Notes: a model not told the origin generated them from the sequence alone. Shown: positions 9,319-18,966, counted from the stretch's first letter. The stretch is 64,000 nucleotides of DNA from a virus (IMGVR_UViG_3300034196_000151), one strand, 5' to 3'. Program-made: numbers and translations.

Positions 9319-9453
9319 TTACTCGGCGTCTTGATGGCGATTACGACGCTTGTCACGCCATTGACGGTCTTTCTTGTTGTGTTGGGCTTTCTCGTTGTCA
9401 CGTTTCTTTGCACCGCTGAAACGTTCTTGTGCTTCACCGAAAGAACCTTGCAT
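9319..9453 (-). CDS. 44-aa highly basic protein, copy 1 of 3
   Basis: MQGSFGEAQERFSGAKKRDNEKAQHNKKDRQWRDKRRNRHQDAE; SD AGGAGATA upstream; near-identical copies at 20074..20208 and 26224..26358. Confidence 0.55.
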   Translation of the reverse strand: MQGSFGEAQERFSGAKKRDNEKAQHNKKDRQWRDKRRNRHQDAE

Positions 9454-9535
9454 GTTGTATCTCCTAACCTTTGATTTGTTTGTGTTGTTTCGTTTTGATG
9501 GGATAATTATAACGAAATCACTCCCCACTGTAAAG
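9454..9535 (-). promoter_or_regulatory. type A promoter and leader (TATAAT-TATCCCATCAAAACGAAACA...AGGAGATA)
   Basis: Minus strand GTTATAATTATCCCATCAAAACGAAACAACACAAACAAATCAAAGGTTAGGAGATACAACATG; same leader at 20209-20270, 23397-23440, 38035-38075 and 39030-39060. Confidence 0.5.
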
Positions 9536-9580
9536 CACTTTTTTCATCATTTTTTAGTTTATTTCTATTACATTAATAAC

Positions 9581-9606
9581 AAAAAAGAGGCCGAAGCCCC
9601 TTTTTT
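9581..9606 (-). terminator. intrinsic terminator (UUCG loop, G-U wobble stem)
   Basis: aaaaaaGAGGCcgaaGCCCCtttttt. Confidence 0.55.
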
Positions 9607-9621
9607 AACCATCAACGGTTT

Positions 9622-10059
9622 TCAGGCCGCTTTGTATTCCTGAATATAAGTATAAAATTCACTATGGAACTGTGCCCATGTTAGCAAATCTTGCTCTACT
9701 GGCTCAATCAGGGAATTGGAAGCCCCCATGAAAGTAAGCATTTCGATTTCTTTTTTGAGTTCATCTTTTTGAAGTTCGTAAGCCTTAGTAAAGGCCAACA
9801 ACTCATCAGGTGTTACAACGGCTTCGCTGTCTGGCCGACCTTCCAACTGGCGAGTATATTTTGAAAAGATGGCGTTATAATTCCGCTCCAACGCATCATT
9901 CACCGCCGACAGTTTTTGAAATTCAGCCATTTTTTCCTTCGTCTGCTTTCCTTTGGCACGGCTCAACACGTAAAAGACCAACGTAATGTGGTTTTTTTTG
10001 CATTGATCACGAACCACCAAGCTCAGGTAACGCAGTTTTTCGTAGTAGTCAGCTAACAT
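9622..10059 (-). CDS. hypothetical protein
   Basis: ORF with ATG at 10059 preceded by GAGGA SD, downstream of a TATAAT at ~10090; the track's longer N-terminus overlaps the promoter. Confidence 0.5.
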   Translation of the reverse strand: MLADYYEKLRYLSLVVRDQCKKNHITLVFYVLSRAKGKQTKEKMAEFQKLSAVNDALERNYNAIFSKYTRQLEGRPDSEAVVTPDELLAFTKAYELQKDELKKEIEMLTFMGASNSLIEPVEQDLLTWAQFHSEFYTYIQEYKAA

Positions 10060-10118
10060 GGCGAATCCTCGGTTTGTTTGATGGCTTATTATAACATCAA
10101 GGCCAATCAAAAACAAGA

Positions 10119-10292
10119 TTAATTCAGGCGATCATTCTGGTATTCGTAAATGTCAGTGCTGCAACCATCCATACGGCCATGAACAAGCACGCGGTCTGAC
10201 ACAAAAGACTTCAACCAGATCCACTGACCATTAATCGTGCGTGGGAAAAGAGCAAAACGTTTTACTGGATTGGATTCTTCGTAGAGCATCAT
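10119..10292 (-). CDS. 57-aa hypothetical protein (not in ORF track)
   Basis: ATGATG start with AGAAGGA SD, TATAAT at ~10322, fills an otherwise empty 250-nt gap. Confidence 0.45.
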   Translation of the reverse strand: MMLYEESNPVKRFALFPRTINGQWIWLKSFVSDRVLVHGRMDGCSTDIYEYQNDRLN

Positions 10293-10372
10293 CGCTTAAT
10301 CCTTCTGTGTTAATAGAGGTGTATTATATCAAAAAATAAAAAAGAACAACAAAAAAGGGCCGTAGCCCTTAT

Positions 10373-10651
10373 TCAATTATCTTTAAAATAACATTGCGAA
10401 ACAGGAATCCGCATAGTAATGCCAGTATCAACTTCTTGAACTGTAGCAGAAATATCAGCATCATTAATGGCAAAGACCAAAATAACATTATCATGGTGGT
10501 ACGTTTCGAAAGTTCCTGAATAACAACTAACAGTTCGAGTTTTTTTACCTGAAGTGTTAATTGCTTGGTTAGTATTACTTTTCTCTTCGGCCTTACAACC
10601 AGCCGACACAGAAAGAGCGAGTGCAAGTGCAAGAACAAATGTCTTTTTCAT
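10373..10651 (-). CDS. lipoprotein (paralog of 45401..45706)
   Basis: MKKTFVLALALALSVSAGC lipobox; shared CYSG..TY.H.DV...SQC core with 45401..45706. Confidence 0.55.
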   Translation of the reverse strand: MKKTFVLALALALSVSAGCKAEEKSNTNQAINTSGKKTRTVSCYSGTFETYHHDNVILVFAINDADISATVQEVDTGITMRIPVSQCYFKDN

Positions 10652-10746
10652 GAAAACTCCTAATTAATATAAGTCACTTATTGTAGCAGGAAAGATTTAA
10701 TTATACAAACAAAAAGGGCCGAAGCCCCTTTTGAGTAATCTAGCAA

Positions 10747-11253
10747 TCAGGCCAGAACTGGTAGACCACGCAGGTCAATCGGGTCAAGGTCAGACAATTT
10801 AATGTCAACAATGTGAAGATTTGGATGCATGTCTCGAACCATGTCAGAAAAACTGCGAGGCATAACTTCTGCTTCGATTTCAGTCACCGCGTCAGCAAGA
10901 CGGCGGGCTTTGGTGCGAATGGCAATCAGCTCGTTGATGAGTTTCAGCTCATGGGCCGACGATGGCTTAGCTGGGCGGTTCAGTTCCAAATTGCTTTCAT
11001 GACGAAGGGTGTCGAGGTCTTTCTGTGCAGGGAACAGTTCTGCATGGAGAGCAACACCGGCTTCTGTCAGCGAAACACCATCATCATCACGGGACACCAG
11101 ACCTTTGCCTTTCAGGTTCAGCAGAACAGCGTTCACCTGAGAGAGTTTAACAGCTTCTGGGCCGTTAGGGATGTTGTTAACATTCACCGACGAAGTGCCG
11201 AGAGCAACAATGTTCACGATTACTGCGGTTTCGAGAGCGGTAACTTTGGTCAT
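10747..11253 (-). CDS. winged-helix (MarR-like) DNA-binding protein, higher GC than surroundings
   Basis: 168 aa; LLNLKGKGLVSRDDDGVSLTEAGV resembles a MarR wHTH recognition region; GC visibly higher (~48%) than the flanking ~38%. Confidence 0.5.
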   Translation of the reverse strand: MTKVTALETAVIVNIVALGTSSVNVNNIPNGPEAVKLSQVNAVLLNLKGKGLVSRDDDGVSLTEAGVALHAELFPAQKDLDTLRHESNLELNRPAKPSSAHELKLINELIAIRTKARRLADAVTEIEAEVMPRSFSDMVRDMHPNLHIVDIKLSDLDPIDLRGLPVLA

Positions 11254-11353
11254 GGTGTTTCTCCGATGTTTGATTGGGTATCTCGTTTTGATGTGTCTAT
11301 CATATCAAAAAACACATTTACTGGCAAGCATTATATCATCAAAAAACACATTT

Positions 11354-11560
11354 TTATTTGATGAATGGGGCAATCGCCTTTTCGTATTCTTTGTTTGACT
11401 TGTATAAATCATAAGCGAAAAATATCAAACAGAACGAGATGAACCCCCAAAAAACCATTTGATCAGAAAATTCACTTCGGACAGGTTCTTGGACAAAGTT
11501 GTAGGCACAAATACCCATCATCAGTAAACACAACAGAATTTGAGCGATAAGACTTCTCAT
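11354..11560 (-). CDS. small two-TM membrane protein
   Basis: ATG at 11560 with GGTGGGAA SD; ATGA overlap with upstream gene. Confidence 0.45.
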   Translation of the reverse strand: MRSLIAQILLCLLMMGICAYNFVQEPVRSEFSDQMVFWGFISFCLIFFAYDLYKSNKEYEKAIAPFIK

Positions 11561-11820
11561 GGTTCCCACCGTTTAACCAAATCCTCAGCAACAAGTTCTT
11601 TGTTCTGTGGTGTCCAGCAAATACAAACCATCGTGGCAATGACCCCACCAATCAACGAGATAATCATCAATAACGCCGAAATGTGAAACCAAACTGGCAC
11701 ATCAAGCGTTACATGATAAGCCATATGAGCTGTATAGCGACCACTTTGGAAAAAGTTGGCTGTCAACAACGCAAAAATAATGGCAATCAAACCAGAATTG
11801 AACCTAGTGATATGTTTCAT
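11557..11820 (-). CDS. small two-TM membrane protein
   Basis: 87-aa ORF, two hydrophobic helices. Confidence 0.45.
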   Translation of the reverse strand: MKHITRFNSGLIAIIFALLTANFFQSGRYTAHMAYHVTLDVPVWFHISALLMIISLIGGVIATMVCICWTPQNKELVAEDLVKRWEP

Positions 11821-11967
11821 TTGATATCCTCTAAATGGAAGCTAATCTTATCAAAAATACGATTTTTATGCAAGCTTATCTATTGTGGTCGAATAAATAA
11901 TAATCAAAAATATAACTTGAAAAAATATCAACATTTGTTATATTATGTGGAACAATGGAGGAATGCT

Positions 11968-12378
11968 ATGAGTTATGTAAGTGACAATTTGATGGATGGT
12001 GAGAAAATAGAATATGAAGCCAGTTTAAGCAACTGGGGTTTCTTTTGGCAGATTTTCTTTGGAATACTACTTATTCCAGTCATTGTAGGTATTGTAATTT
12101 TAATCGTCGTCTACATTCAGAAAAAGTGTACAGAATTGGCTGTAACCAACAAAAGATTGATTGCTAAAAAAGGATTTATTCAGAGAGACACGGTTGAAAT
12201 AAACTTGAAAAAAGTTGAAAGTATACAAGTAAATCAAGGTTTGATGGGTAGGATGTTCAACTTTGGAACAATTATTGTTTCCGGTACCGGTCATGGTAAT
12301 GCACCCATAAAATACATTGCTGATCCACTTGAATTTAGAAGACGACTTTCAATGGCCCAAGATAAAATGGACGAATAA
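11968..12378 (+). CDS. bacterial PH-domain (YdbS/YdbT-like) membrane protein, plus strand
   Basis: GGAGGAA SD before ATG; TM helix followed by a TNKRLIAKKGF...VESIQVNQGLMGRMFNFGTIIV bPH_2-like pattern; bidirectional terminator at 12381-12411. Confidence 0.5.
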   Translation: MSYVSDNLMDGEKIEYEASLSNWGFFWQIFFGILLIPVIVGIVILIVVYIQKKCTELAVTNKRLIAKKGFIQRDTVEINLKKVESIQVNQGLMGRMFNFGTIIVSGTGHGNAPIKYIADPLEFRRRLSMAQDKMDE

Positions 12379-12380
12379 AC

Positions 12381-12411
12381 AAAAGAAGACTGTTCAAACA
12401 GTCTTTTTTTT
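12381..12411. terminator. bidirectional terminator
   Basis: aaaagaAGACTGTTcaaAACAGTCTtttttttt. Confidence 0.6.
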
Positions 12412-12419
12412 CGCCTACA

Positions 12420-12902
12420 TTATTTGTCATAACGATAATAGAATGTATAATAACCTGAACCACTTGCACCGACATGGCAACCATATTTGCGACCATCAAT
12501 AGGATCAGCAGGAATAGTGGAAACTGTGTCAAATTTTAGAGAATCATAATTAGCAATGATTTGTTTACAAACATCCAGTGAAAGTAATGATGAGTCTTGT
12601 ATTTTAACTAAGGATTCGTCCGCATCAATTACAAAATCAACACTTTCATAGTTAGGAACTTGTGTTAAATAGGCAGCATCTTTAAGTTTACTCACATTAT
12701 CAACACTCATGCCAGTCATGGAAACACCTTCATTTTTTGCAAATAGAGCCGCCGTAGCAATAGTATTTGCAGTGTTTAATAAGTAAGCAGTTTTTGTATA
12801 AATAGAATTGTTATTATAGGCATAAAAACCATAAGCAATTGTTGCAACTGATAAAGCAGCCATAAGAGCAATAGAAATGATCGAGATAATAAGTGAAAAC
12901 AT
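12420..12902 (-). CDS. pilin-like N-terminally anchored protein
   Basis: ACGGAGAATAC SD before ATG at 12902; N-terminus MFSLIISIISIALMAALSVATIAYG resembles a mature pilin helix. Confidence 0.5.
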   Translation of the reverse strand: MFSLIISIISIALMAALSVATIAYGFYAYNNNSIYTKTAYLLNTANTIATAALFAKNEGVSMTGMSVDNVSKLKDAAYLTQVPNYESVDFVIDADESLVKIQDSSLLSLDVCKQIIANYDSLKFDTVSTIPADPIDGRKYGCHVGASGSGYYTFYYRYDK

Positions 12903-13095
12903 GTATTCTCCGTTATTAATATTAACTTCCAAGTTAGTCTAACACCAAACTCTTAATTAATAATTTACCTCGGAGTACAACGATGTCAATTGTTTTTTAT
13001 ACAAGTTAATATATCAAAGTGTCATCATCTATATATAAAAATAAATATATAAACAAAAAAGACAGCCTTAGCTGTCTTCTTTTTAATCCTGCTGA

Positions 13096-13404
13096 TTACT
13101 TCCAGAGCTTCAACATGCTACCAGCCATATCTGCACTAATGGGTTCCATCTCATAATGCCGACCAGTCTGTTTATTGATGATTTCCTTGAGTCGAACAAC
13201 TTCTTTATCTGCGTACTCTTTGGTGGTAAACAGCATGGCCTGCAGAGTTTTTTCGTTTTCTTTAAAGCCAGTGTCAGCACTGACCATTGGTTTATTGAAA
13301 ATCGGAATGGTTCCATCACTTTGAGAATCAGCTTTAAAACCACCCCAGAACATGTAACCAAGGGCATTTTTTGGATCGAGGTCTTTAACGGCGATTACAT
13401 ACAT
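13096..13404 (-). CDS. hypothetical protein
   Basis: 102-aa ORF. Confidence 0.5.
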   Translation of the reverse strand: MYVIAVKDLDPKNALGYMFWGGFKADSQSDGTIPIFNKPMVSADTGFKENEKTLQAMLFTTKEYADKEVVRLKEIINKQTGRHYEMEPISADMAGSMLKLWK

Positions 13405-13511
13405 GTGTAAATTCCTTGTGTGGTTTTTTAAAAGACCGTGCGGCTCTTTTTCATAGAGTGATTATAGCGAAAAACAGTTTTTCTGTAAAGCTGTTTTTGA
13501 GAAAAGACGAT

Positions 13512-13625
13512 TAAAGATTCTTTTTGAACTGGGCACGGGAATAGAACTCGATAGCCGCAAAGACACCAATAGCCAAAAAACCGACAATAACGATTGTGTG
13601 CATGCTTTCAACCATTTCTTTCATG
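13512..13625 (-). CDS. 37-aa hydrophobic peptide (not in ORF track)
   Basis: ATG with GGTGA SD, TATAAT at ~13650; single TM helix IVIVGFLAIGVFAAI. Confidence 0.35.
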
Positions 13626-13723
13626 ATAATTCACCGCTGTTATGGAATGTTGATTATATCAAAATTAATGAATGACATCAACAAAAAGACACCAGAAGGT
13701 GTCTTTATGTTTAACTATTCGTG

Positions 13724-14479
13724 TTACAAAATGGTGACATTGGCCCGAGTTTTGACGTGTTCAATAAAACCTTGAATACCATCAGTAATGAACGCATTGA
13801 AATGAAATTCAAAGTCGTTCAAGCCTGCTTTCTGTGCGGCGTCAAAGTATTCATACATTTGCGGCACGTTCATACCTGTGGTGTAAACATAAACAGTTTT
13901 GCCACCTTTTGCTTTGAATTCGGCAAAAACCTGAACCAGAGCATCTTTGGAGTATCCACCCAAGTTCAAGATGTAAGAGAATTTCGGATCGCGTTCACCC
14001 AAATATTGACGTGTGTGTTCTTCCAGATAAGGGTCATTTTCAAGGTTAATGTATTGGGTCTTGTCGTTGATGACGTGGGTAGGTTTCCAGCCCATATCAA
14101 CAGGTTCTTCGCTTTCAATTTCCCACTCTGGAAGCATGAAGCAATAGCCACCCGCTGAGTTGATCAGCACTCGATTACCATCAAGAATTTCTGCCAGCAT
14201 ATTGGAAAAACGTTTGTTGATAATGCCATCCAATTCGTAAATTGGGTTTTTACCATGAAGTTTGCAGTGAGCAACCGTTGCCGCAAGGATACCAGCAGCC
14301 GGTGTGTTTCGTGGAAGATCGCCCCAGCTTTCAACTTCGGCTTTTTCACGAATCAAATGGCTGACCTGTGCGACGACTTGATTGGAAGTGTGTTCCATAA
14401 AAGCCATCAAATCATCTGGGGTTTCGATCAAAATCCACTGACCTTCAACGGGTGCGTTCTTGATGGTAACTCGATTCAT
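13724..14479 (-). CDS. hypothetical protein (251 aa)
   Basis: One of the larger ORFs; no motif I can assign by eye. Confidence 0.55.
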   Translation of the reverse strand: MNRVTIKNAPVEGQWILIETPDDLMAFMEHTSNQVVAQVSHLIREKAEVESWGDLPRNTPAAGILAATVAHCKLHGKNPIYELDGIINKRFSNMLAEILDGNRVLINSAGGYCFMLPEWEIESEEPVDMGWKPTHVINDKTQYINLENDPYLEEHTRQYLGERDPKFSYILNLGGYSKDALVQVFAEFKAKGGKTVYVYTTGMNVPQMYEYFDAAQKAGLNDFEFHFNAFITDGIQGFIEHVKTRANVTIL

Positions 14480-14581
14480 GATATTTAATCCATTTGTGTT
14501 TTAGTGAAGCCATTATAGCAAAAGCCCCGAACAAAAACAAGATTATTCAGGGTTTAGATGGTTTTTCTTAACAAGAGACTA

Positions 14582-15325
14582 TCAAGAAATGATGTTTTTT
14601 TGTTTCAATTCCTTGTAAAACAAGTCGCGTGCGTAGGCTGGAATATTCTTGGTGTTGGTGTTCAGCAAGAACGTGCGTTCAGTCAACAACGCTTTCGATT
14701 TAGCCATAGCTTCGGCCAATTGTTCACGTTGTTTAATCAAACGAGAGTCGCCACGGTTTGCAATTTCGGTTGCCCACAAGAGTTCACGAGCAGCATCAAC
14801 CGCCTGATTAGCAGCTTTAAACCGTGCCATCACGTCTTCGACTTCTTGAATGCGTTCAGCTTTAATTGAATTCAAAGCTGAGAGTGTAAGTGCCGAGCTA
14901 ACAACAATATCGAATTCTTTAACAAAAGCGGCCAAGAATTCTTCTTTATCAGTGATACCCAACGCCAGAACAGCTTTCATTTTTGGTTCGATTTCTGCAA
15001 CTGAGTATTCACGCGAATATTCAGCAGACAGATCTTTGGAAGGCTTAATGGAAGCACGAACAGTCGGTTCGCCTTCTTTGAAATTGAAGCAAAACGAGAA
15101 GCTACGGTCAAAACGCTGATGGCCTTTTTCATTGTGGTGAATACCACCACGAATGTTGAAGATAGCCATGAAGTCAAACGTCACAGAAGCGGCCACATAC
15201 ACCTGATCATTGGCGTAAGTATGACGTTCTTCTTTACGGTTCAATTCAAGATAAGAAATGAACGACAGTGCTTTAAACAAAGTCAATTCTGGTTTCAGGA
15301 CGGCCATCGGGGTCATGTTTTTCAA
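14582..15325 (-). CDS. hypothetical protein (~247 aa, probable TTG start)
   Basis: AGGAGA SD 7 nt before TTG at 15325; the track's GTG start at 15361 overlaps the TATAAT at ~15351. Confidence 0.5.
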   Translation of the reverse strand: MKNMTPMAVLKPELTLFKALSFISYLELNRKEERHTYANDQVYVAASVTFDFMAIFNIRGGIHHNEKGHQRFDRSFSFCFNFKEGEPTVRASIKPSKDLSAEYSREYSVAEIEPKMKAVLALGITDKEEFLAAFVKEFDIVVSSALTLSALNSIKAERIQEVEDVMARFKAANQAVDAARELLWATEIANRGDSRLIKQREQLAEAMAKSKALLTERTFLLNTNTKNIPAYARDLFYKELKQKNIIS

Positions 15326-15435
15326 GGGTATATCTCCTAAGAAAGTAGATTGATTATACACAAAAATAAGTTTTTCTACAACCTTTTTTAGAGAATAAAA
15401 AAACCTTCCGAAGAAGGTCTTTTTCTTGTTATCAA

Positions 15436-15787
15436 CTAACGGTTAAGCTGGTCAATAACGTATTGGTCTTCAACATGGTTCATGATGTCATCAATATCAC
15501 GCAGACCAGAAGCAAAGGCTTCATGAATACGCTTCATATCAACGATAGCCTGACCATAAGCCGCATGGAAGGATTCAGCACGGGCTACATCGTCATACTC
15601 ACTGTAACCACCCATCGAGTTGGTAATAGTGACTTCGATGCCTTGTTTGTTGATGATAACGGCCCGAACTTTGATAGCCTCGTCAGACGAATAGCCATTT
15701 GGCTTAAACGTAATTACAAGCCATTGGCGGTCTGGCTGCATAATAGAACTTTTACTGATTTCAAATTTACGCTCGTAACCAACCATG
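15436..15787 (-). CDS. hypothetical protein
   Basis: ORF; internal ATG chosen to clear the upstream promoter; terminator aaaaaccttccgaagaaggtc at 15398-15425. Confidence 0.45.
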
Positions 15788-15851
15788 ACTGTACTCCACT
15801 TCAAATTAAGAAAACGATTATAGCAAAAATGAGATTTACTGTCCACAACAA

Positions 15852-16148
15852 TTAGTGGATAGTGATGCTCTTGCGATGAATGACCAACAAACATTCAGCC
15901 ATGTCTTTAAGTAAAGGGTTGCTGATGTCATAATAAGCATGGATATAGGCCAACAATTCCACCAAAGACACTTCGCCCGTAAAAGGCTTATGAGCCGTTG
16001 CCAGTGAATGCTGGTTGACCAAAGATGAAAATGTGGTGATTGCCTCGTTAAGAACAGGCAGTTGAACAGGATCACACTCAAATGTGCCATCCATAATAGA
16101 ACCATTAACAAACAACAAATGACCGCTAGAAGCTATTGAAGTATTCAT
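15852..16148 (-). CDS. hypothetical protein
   Basis: ATG at 16148 with AAGAGGA SD; TATAAT at ~16222. Confidence 0.45.
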   Translation of the reverse strand: MNTSIASSGHLLFVNGSIMDGTFECDPVQLPVLNEAITTFSSLVNQHSLATAHKPFTGEVSLVELLAYIHAYYDISNPLLKDMAECLLVIHRKSITIH

Positions 16149-16251
16149 GTTAGATCCTCTTTGAGTGAGTAAATCAGTTCTGAAAACCATACTTGCTTGT
16201 TTGTTTTACTAGGGTCATTATACACAAAAACAAGTTTTTACACAAGCTCTT

Positions 16252-16527
16252 TTACATCTCAAAATTGAATCGGCTGTTCTTTTTGGGCTTGGGTAGCTTG
16301 TTTTTTTTCTGTCTTGCGGGTTTGCGGTCATCTTTCAAGTAATCTATATCACCTAACAAATCCACACCAGTAGTTTCAAAAACTTTTGCTGAATGGGTGA
16401 TGTTCGCCAGCCCATAACCACGGGAAATGGCCCGACTGGTTTCCTTCATGTCTGAGTTGATTTGCCAGATCATGGCGGCACAAAATAAGACAAAAAGAGC
16501 AATACCGATGAAGCCTAAAATACTCAT
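16252..16527 (-). CDS. small membrane protein
   Basis: 91 aa; N-terminal TM helix; basic C-terminus. Confidence 0.5.
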   Translation of the reverse strand: MSILGFIGIALFVLFCAAMIWQINSDMKETSRAISRGYGLANITHSAKVFETTGVDLLGDIDYLKDDRKPARQKKNKLPKPKKNSRFNFEM

Positions 16528-16997
16528 ACGACCTCCGTTTCTTGGTTGACTGGAATGACAGCAGCCGTCACAACTTTGATGAACTCATCAATCGGCATGA
16601 TATACTGTGAATAATCCTTGGAATGACCATACCAACCAACTTGGGTATAAGCGTGCTTGTTTCGCATGGTTTTGAGCACGTCTCGGGCGATTTGACGAAC
16701 AACACGGCTCTTTTCCTTCGGTAACACCAAGCCAACATGGAAACGGATAATAGAACGCAACGCAGATTGATCCATGCCGTAATAGGTGGTGTCAGATGAT
16801 TGGTAGAACAAGCTATCATCATCACTGTCATGGCTTGATGATTCGAGGTAGGTGATCGAAAATAGGTTTTTTTCAAGATCCATGCGGACAATCGCTTTGT
16901 CGAAGTCATAAATCGTGGCGAAAGGATACTGATGCTTGGCAAAGTGAGCCGAAGCTACCGCAATGGATTTGACATTTTTGTTGATACGCATGATCAA
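16524..16997 (-). CDS. hypothetical protein
   Basis: 157-aa ORF. Confidence 0.5.
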   Translation of the reverse strand: MIMRINKNVKSIAVASAHFAKHQYPFATIYDFDKAIVRMDLEKNLFSITYLESSSHDSDDDSLFYQSSDTTYYGMDQSALRSIIRFHVGLVLPKEKSRVVRQIARDVLKTMRNKHAYTQVGWYGHSKDYSQYIMPIDEFIKVVTAAVIPVNQETEVV

Positions 16998-17056
16998 TAC
17001 CTTCGAAGAAATCTGTATGAACAGATTATAGCAAAAGTCAGTTTTTTAATCAACCA

Positions 17057-17449
17057 TTAACAGCCGAAATCATAAGCTTTCAACCGACCTTTTACGTCAT
17101 AACCTACCTGACAGCAATCAATCGACATTACCCAAGTCGGCAAACCCTGCAGTTTTTCGGGCATGGTAAGTTTTTCCTGAACAACACAATTAAAATCACC
17201 CAGAATGACTTTACGACCTTTTGCATAGGCTGCATAGCCATCGGAATAACCTTTAGATTCAATCGAATTATCCCGAAGGCCATCGAAGTTAAGCGGGAAT
17301 TTGATAACACAATGCTTGCTGGTGAAGGCTGCACGGTTACGCCCACAAGACGGTTGACCATATTTGGTTTCAAGACTGGTCAAGATATCCAACGCCAGTG
17401 CATTAAGGTTATCACAACCGAAATTGACAAAATTAGCAAGACTGGACAT
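17057..17449 (-). CDS. hypothetical protein
   Basis: 130 aa; preceded by a perfect TTGCCT-17-TGGTATAAT promoter and AAAGGA SD. Confidence 0.55.
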   Translation of the reverse strand: MSSLANFVNFGCDNLNALALDILTSLETKYGQPSCGRNRAAFTSKHCVIKFPLNFDGLRDNSIESKGYSDGYAAYAKGRKVILGDFNCVVQEKLTMPEKLQGLPTWVMSIDCCQVGYDVKGRLKAYDFGC

Positions 17450-17476
17450 GGCTCAAATCCTTTAAGATAGGACATG

Positions 17477-17505
17477 ATTATACCAAAAAACTTAAAAATA
17501 GGCAA
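17477..17505 (-). promoter_or_regulatory. sigma70-type promoter TTGCCT-17-TGGTATAAT
   Basis: Minus strand TTGCCTATTTTTAAGTTTTTTGGTATAAT immediately 3' of a terminator and 27 nt upstream of ATG 17449. Confidence 0.6.
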
Positions 17506-17530
17506 CAAAAAAGAGATCCGAAGATCTCTT
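17505..17530 (-). terminator. intrinsic terminator, part of the duplicated terminator-promoter cassette
   Basis: aaaaaAGAGATCcgaaGATCTCTtt. Confidence 0.6.
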
Positions 17531-17689
17531 TCTGTAATCAAAACCGTCTTTTGATTGCCTCAAAGGGAGACTAAACAACACCCGTCAATGTTGAGTCATA
17601 GGAGAACGCCTACACCGTAAAACATGGCTCAAAGGCCGACTTAACAACTATAACAAAAGATCCTGAAAAAATCAAGACCTTTTCTAATT

Positions 17690-17902
17690 TTAAGTCAAGT
17701 TAATCGCAAACTCATAAGCAAGTTTAAAGCTATCAAATTCACCCTGTTCGGCATTTTCACCACCGTGTTCTGGAATTTCAAACACTTTGAATTTGCCGTC
17801 TACATGAGCCTCGATATACCAACCGTCTTCAATATACGGTGCCCGCTGAGTAGTCATCACACCAGTAGCTTCATCAAAAAACGAGAAAAGTTTAGTATTC
17901 AT
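17690..17902 (-). CDS. hypothetical protein
   Basis: 70-aa ORF followed by a ~160-nt 3' UTR. Confidence 0.5.
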   Translation of the reverse strand: MNTKLFSFFDEATGVMTTQRAPYIEDGWYIEAHVDGKFKVFEIPEHGGENAEQGEFDSFKLAYEFAINLT

Positions 17903-17919
17903 CTGATCACCTCAATGCG

Positions 17920-18363
17920 TTAAGATTGCAAATCAATCACAACAGAGCCAAAGTGGAGCACTTTGGTTGGTGTATGAACGTAGGCTGTCAGTGTTTGGTT
18001 ACCACCCGTTTCTGCCCGACCTGCTTGCGTAAGGTCTGAAAGCACTGACAATTCACGGATAAAACCAAGAAACCGTTCCAGTCGTTCTTCTTTACCTTTC
18101 AACGGGGTAAACGTCAAGTTTTTGAGGGCATTCAGATAAACCTGACCTACAAAGCTATCGCCAAGAGGAAATGCACCACTGTAAGAGTATTCGCCATTGA
18201 CGAAAAAATCTTCATCAGTATTGATTTCGATAAAAAGTTGCTTTACACCAAGTTGTGCCTGTGCATTCTTGATTTCTTGAATAATAGGGCTGACATCTCG
18301 GATAAATGATGAGTCAGCGTTATTTAGAACATTCAAAAGCACCGAAGCGGGAATATTTTTCAT
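17920..18363 (-). CDS. hypothetical protein
   Basis: 147-aa ORF. Confidence 0.5.
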   Translation of the reverse strand: MKNIPASVLLNVLNNADSSFIRDVSPIIQEIKNAQAQLGVKQLFIEINTDEDFFVNGEYSYSGAFPLGDSFVGQVYLNALKNLTFTPLKGKEERLERFLGFIRELSVLSDLTQAGRAETGGNQTLTAYVHTPTKVLHFGSVVIDLQS

Positions 18364-18507
18364 GAGAATTGTCTCTCTTAAATTGAGCCTTTATTATAAC
18401 ACAAAAGCCATCAAAAAGCTATGTTTCGGGTAATAAAAAACCAGCCGAAGCTGGTTTGGGGTTGGAATGCACGAATAAATCCATGCAATTACAAACTGAT
18501 AAATCAG

Positions 18508-18681
18508 TTATTTCGTTTTTACACGGTACTCAAGGCTGTTACGAAATTCAACTTCATCACGGTCGAGGGTAATCCAACCGACAACAGTTTCGGTGTTAAC
18601 TTGAAGTTCACCACCAGCATTAACTGCAGCCATGAAATCAGTGGACATCACGCCGTCTTCTTTGCAAAGTTCTTTCAACAT
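18508..18681 (-). CDS. 57-aa hypothetical protein (not in ORF track)
   Basis: AAGGTAA SD, TATAAT at ~18720, UUCG terminator at 18441-18462; the track's plus ORF 18421..18732 is its antisense shadow. Confidence 0.45.
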   Translation of the reverse strand: MLKELCKEDGVMSTDFMAAVNAGGELQVNTETVVGWITLDRDEVEFRNSLEYRVKTK

Positions 18682-18759
18682 TTTAAGTTACCTTGTTTTG
18701 TTTGGGAAGGTGTTCATTATATCAAAAAATGAAGCTATCATCAATCATTATTTTGGAAA

Positions 18760-18966
18760 CTACACACGCATACTGCGATAAGCATACAGTCGAGATTTAC
18801 ACTCAGCATTGCGTTTTGACCAAGCTTCTCGTTTCTCTTCTGGAGTGCCATTCTCCATGATTTCTCTATGAGTTTTGATTCGAGATAACGCTTCATTGGC
18901 AATATTGTAAGTTGTAACCTTATTGAGTTCAATAAAGAAGTTTTTAATCATTTTAACAATTTTCAT
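18760..18966 (-). CDS. hypothetical protein
   Basis: 68-aa ORF preceded by TTGCCT-17-TGGTATAAT. Confidence 0.45.
   Translation of the reverse strand: MKIVKMIKNFFIELNKVTTYNIANEALSRIKTHREIMENGTPEEKREAWSKRNAECKSRLYAYRSMRV

Noticed and set aside
9454-9528. Upstream extension making the basic ORF 69 aa (track ORF 9319..9528)
   Set aside because: The extension runs through the SD and leader. The three copies agree only from the ATG at 9453, 20208 and 26358, giving 44 aa.
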